DNA of 64,000 nt, taken from Clostridia bacterium. GTDB lineage: Bacteria; Bacillota; Clostridia; TANB77; CAG-508. Positions within the stretch are counted from its first letter, which is position 1. Each line of letters starts with the position of its first letter. The notes beneath the pieces were generated by a model. That model saw only the letters and a list, made by a program, of their open reading frames with translations, made no database searches and was not told the DNA's origin. Both the position numbers and the translations under genes were made by a program. Shown here one piece after another: positions 61,929 to 64,000 of this stretch. The stretch lies in NCBI GenBank assembly GCA_017511265.1, contig JAFWKV010000017.1, positions 7,312 through 71,311 of the forward strand. Direction: 5' to 3'.

Positions 61929-64000
61929 ATGACAAATAAAAGACTTTTAATCATCACACTACTAATAACAATACTACTAGAAATAATTTATTCAACAATT
62001 AATCCAATAGTACTTGCAACAGAAGCAAATACAATAAAACTTAATTTTACAAAATACAAATTTGAAAACTTAAATTCAAACATCCAACTTCAAGCATCAT
62101 TTACAGGTGAAACAGAAAAAATCACATGGAAAAGTGACAATGAAAATGCTGTAGCAGTTGACCCAAATGGTAAAGTTACACCAAAATCAGCAGGATTTTC
62201 ATACATAAGAGCAAAAGGAACAACATGTTCAGCTGAATGCATGATATATGTTGCAACACCAGTACAATTAAGTGATGGTAGCTATGGATATGTAGGAGAC
62301 TTAGACAGAAATGGAATATTAGATGCAAATGATGCATCACTAATAAGTGAAATATATAGAACAGAACAAGGAAATAAAGAAATTGCAGACATTGATGGTA
62401 ATGGTGTAATAGATGTAAATGATTCAAGCTTGCTAATGGATATATTCCGTTTTTATGAATTCACAGTTCCTGCTACTAAACCAAACGAACAAAATAATGA
62501 TGACGAAAACGAGCAAGGAAATCAAGGCGAAAAGCCAACGAATCCTGCAGAAGAACAGCAACAAGAACAAACATATACAAACGACTTAGAAGAAACAGAC
62601 CTAATTCGTATATATAATTCAAAAACTGGATTTGACTTTAAAATAAATAAAGATACAACAATTAATGAAGTTATAGCAAAATACGGAGAGCCAAAAATAA
62701 AAACAGAAAGTGCCTTTGGCGGATCTGCATATACATTTTATACAGACGACAAATATAGCAATTATCTATACCTTGAAACAACAGTAAATGATGCAACAAT
62801 AATATCTTATGGAACTGTATGGAATGAGTACTTTACATATAATTCAGGATATGGTGAAAAAGAAGACGTTACTGATAATTTACTATTACATGGCTATTTT
62901 ATAAATAATGGCATTGATTTAATAATTAGAGGAGGAATGTATTATAATACACAAAAATTAATAGAAAATAATTATGACAAAACAGTAGGAACATATAAAA
63001 CAAACTATAAAAACAACCCGTCATTATACTTAAAATCAATAGCAAAACATGCAACAACAATGTATAATGCAATATGTACAATAAATGGATGTACATGTAA
63101 CTTACAATTTAATGAAGACATATTTTATACAAATGAGCAACTAAAGCAAAATGACTCATCAATAAAAATTTATGCAGAAAATAATGGAAAAATGCCATAT
63201 TTAAAAGGCATAGGCGCTAGAGATAATGTGCAAGTTACAAGTAGATATTATGTATTATCTCCTATATATTTTGCAGATATGTTCTTTTCTGAGCCATTAA
63301 ACAAAATTGATATGCCAGAAAGATATAAATACGCTGTTTTTGACTATAATCAAGACAACCAAGTAATTGAAGCATATGTTATAGAAGAAGACATGTTTAA
63401 AATTTGGAATAAAGTAGCATTAACAACAGAAGAAACAACAAAATTAAATGAAGCAAGAAACTATTATAATACAGCAATGGATTTATTTAACAACAATACA
63501 GGAAGCATCTATAAAAGTGAGCCAATTGATAATCCGGCGGAAAGTTTATATGCAGGTGAACTAAAAGAAACGATGAAACAAGCTGCAACAGCATACTATA
63601 ATGCTATTAGAGCAGGACAAGGATTATCTAGTGTAGTACAAAATGAAACAGGAAGAAAACAAGCACAAGCAATGTCAATACTACAAAGCTATAGATGGCA
63701 CCAATTAGGACTTGGAATTACGCATACTCCTGAACAACCAGCAGGTGTATCTGATAACTTTTTTAATACTGCTACAGGATATGGACAAGTAAGTCTTGCA
63801 GAAAATATTGCAATGTCAAATAATTTAGAACCATCAATATATTCTATTCAAAAATATATTAAACAGTTTATGGATGATAGTTCAGAAACGCCTTTTAGAC
63901 TAGGACATAGAACATCATTATTAATGCCATCAAATGCTAATATAGGTTATGGAATTGCAAAATCTATAGGCGTTATGGAGATAGGGCATAATACAAAATT
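61929..64000 (+). CDS. G9 (partial, runs off the window). Secreted protein: Big_2 + internal dockerin + linker + N-domain + CAP-like domain, a permuted order relative to G1/G3.
   Basis: AGGAGGTG ribosome-binding site. Open frame from 61929 to the window end with no stop. Absent from the ORF track because it has no stop. Contains YVGDLDRNGILDANDASLISEIY...ADIDGNGVIDVNDSSLLMDIF and GHRTSLL. Confidence 0.7.
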   Translation, partial: MTNKRLLIITLLITILLEIIYSTINPIVLATEANTIKLNFTKYKFENLNSNIQLQASFTGETEKITWKSDNENAVAVDPNGKVTPKSAGFSYIRAKGTTCSAECMIYVATPVQLSDGSYGYVGDLDRNGILDANDASLISEIYRTEQGNKEIADIDGNGVIDVNDSSLLMDIFRFYEFTVPATKPNEQNNDDENEQGNQGEKPTNPAEEQQQEQTYTNDLEETDLIRIYNSKTGFDFKINKDTTINEVIAKYGEPKIKTESAFGGSAYTFYTDDKYSNYLYLETTVNDATIISYGTVWNEYFTYNSGYGEKEDVTDNLLLHGYFINNGIDLIIRGGMYYNTQKLIENNYDKTVGTYKTNYKNNPSLYLKSIAKHATTMYNAICTINGCTCNLQFNEDIFYTNEQLKQNDSSIKIYAENNGKMPYLKGIGARDNVQVTSRYYVLSPIYFADMFFSEPLNKIDMPERYKYAVFDYNQDNQVIEAYVIEEDMFKIWNKVALTTEETTKLNEARNYYNTAMDLFNNNTGSIYKSEPIDNPAESLYAGELKETMKQAATAYYNAIRAGQGLSSVVQNETGRKQAQAMSILQSYRWHQLGLGITHTPEQPAGVSDNFFNTATGYGQVSLAENIAMSNNLEPSIYSIQKYIKQFMDDSSETPFRLGHRTSLLMPSNANIGYGIAKSIGVMEIGHNTK

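Overview
This is a low-GC (about 27-30 %) chromosomal segment from a spore-forming Clostridium-like Firmicute. Coordinates 1-38,250 are mostly conserved housekeeping genes (mscL, desulfoferrodoxin, rpsO-pnp, fhs, gpr, cmk, plsC, addA, rplU-rpmA, rlmD, rdgB, a MacB-type ABC exporter, a ZIP transporter). These are interspersed with hypothetical genes and several families of intergenic palindromic or MITE-like repeats. Three genes carry single-nucleotide frameshifts: addA, an AKR-FeS oxidoreductase, and the first gene of the cluster described next. From 38,351 to the window end, and continuing past it, lies a 26-kb same-strand accessory cluster of nine tandem genes directly downstream of a class B sortase. 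Each encodes a secreted protein. Eight end in a nearly identical duplicated-segment calcium-loop module of about 65 aa that matches the type-I dockerin pattern, and several carry a second, divergent internal dockerin. The ninth is a partial ORF running off the window that has the internal dockerin; its 3' end is not visible. The passenger domains are not cellulolytic: CAP/SCP (YkwD-like), NlpC/P60 and CHAP-like peptidases, leucine-rich repeats, Big_2 Ig-like repeats, and one N-terminal module (G4) that resembles a cohesin. I read this as a putative non-cellulosomal cohesin-dockerin surface-assembly system, which appears to be undescribed. No rRNA, tRNA or CRISPR array was seen.
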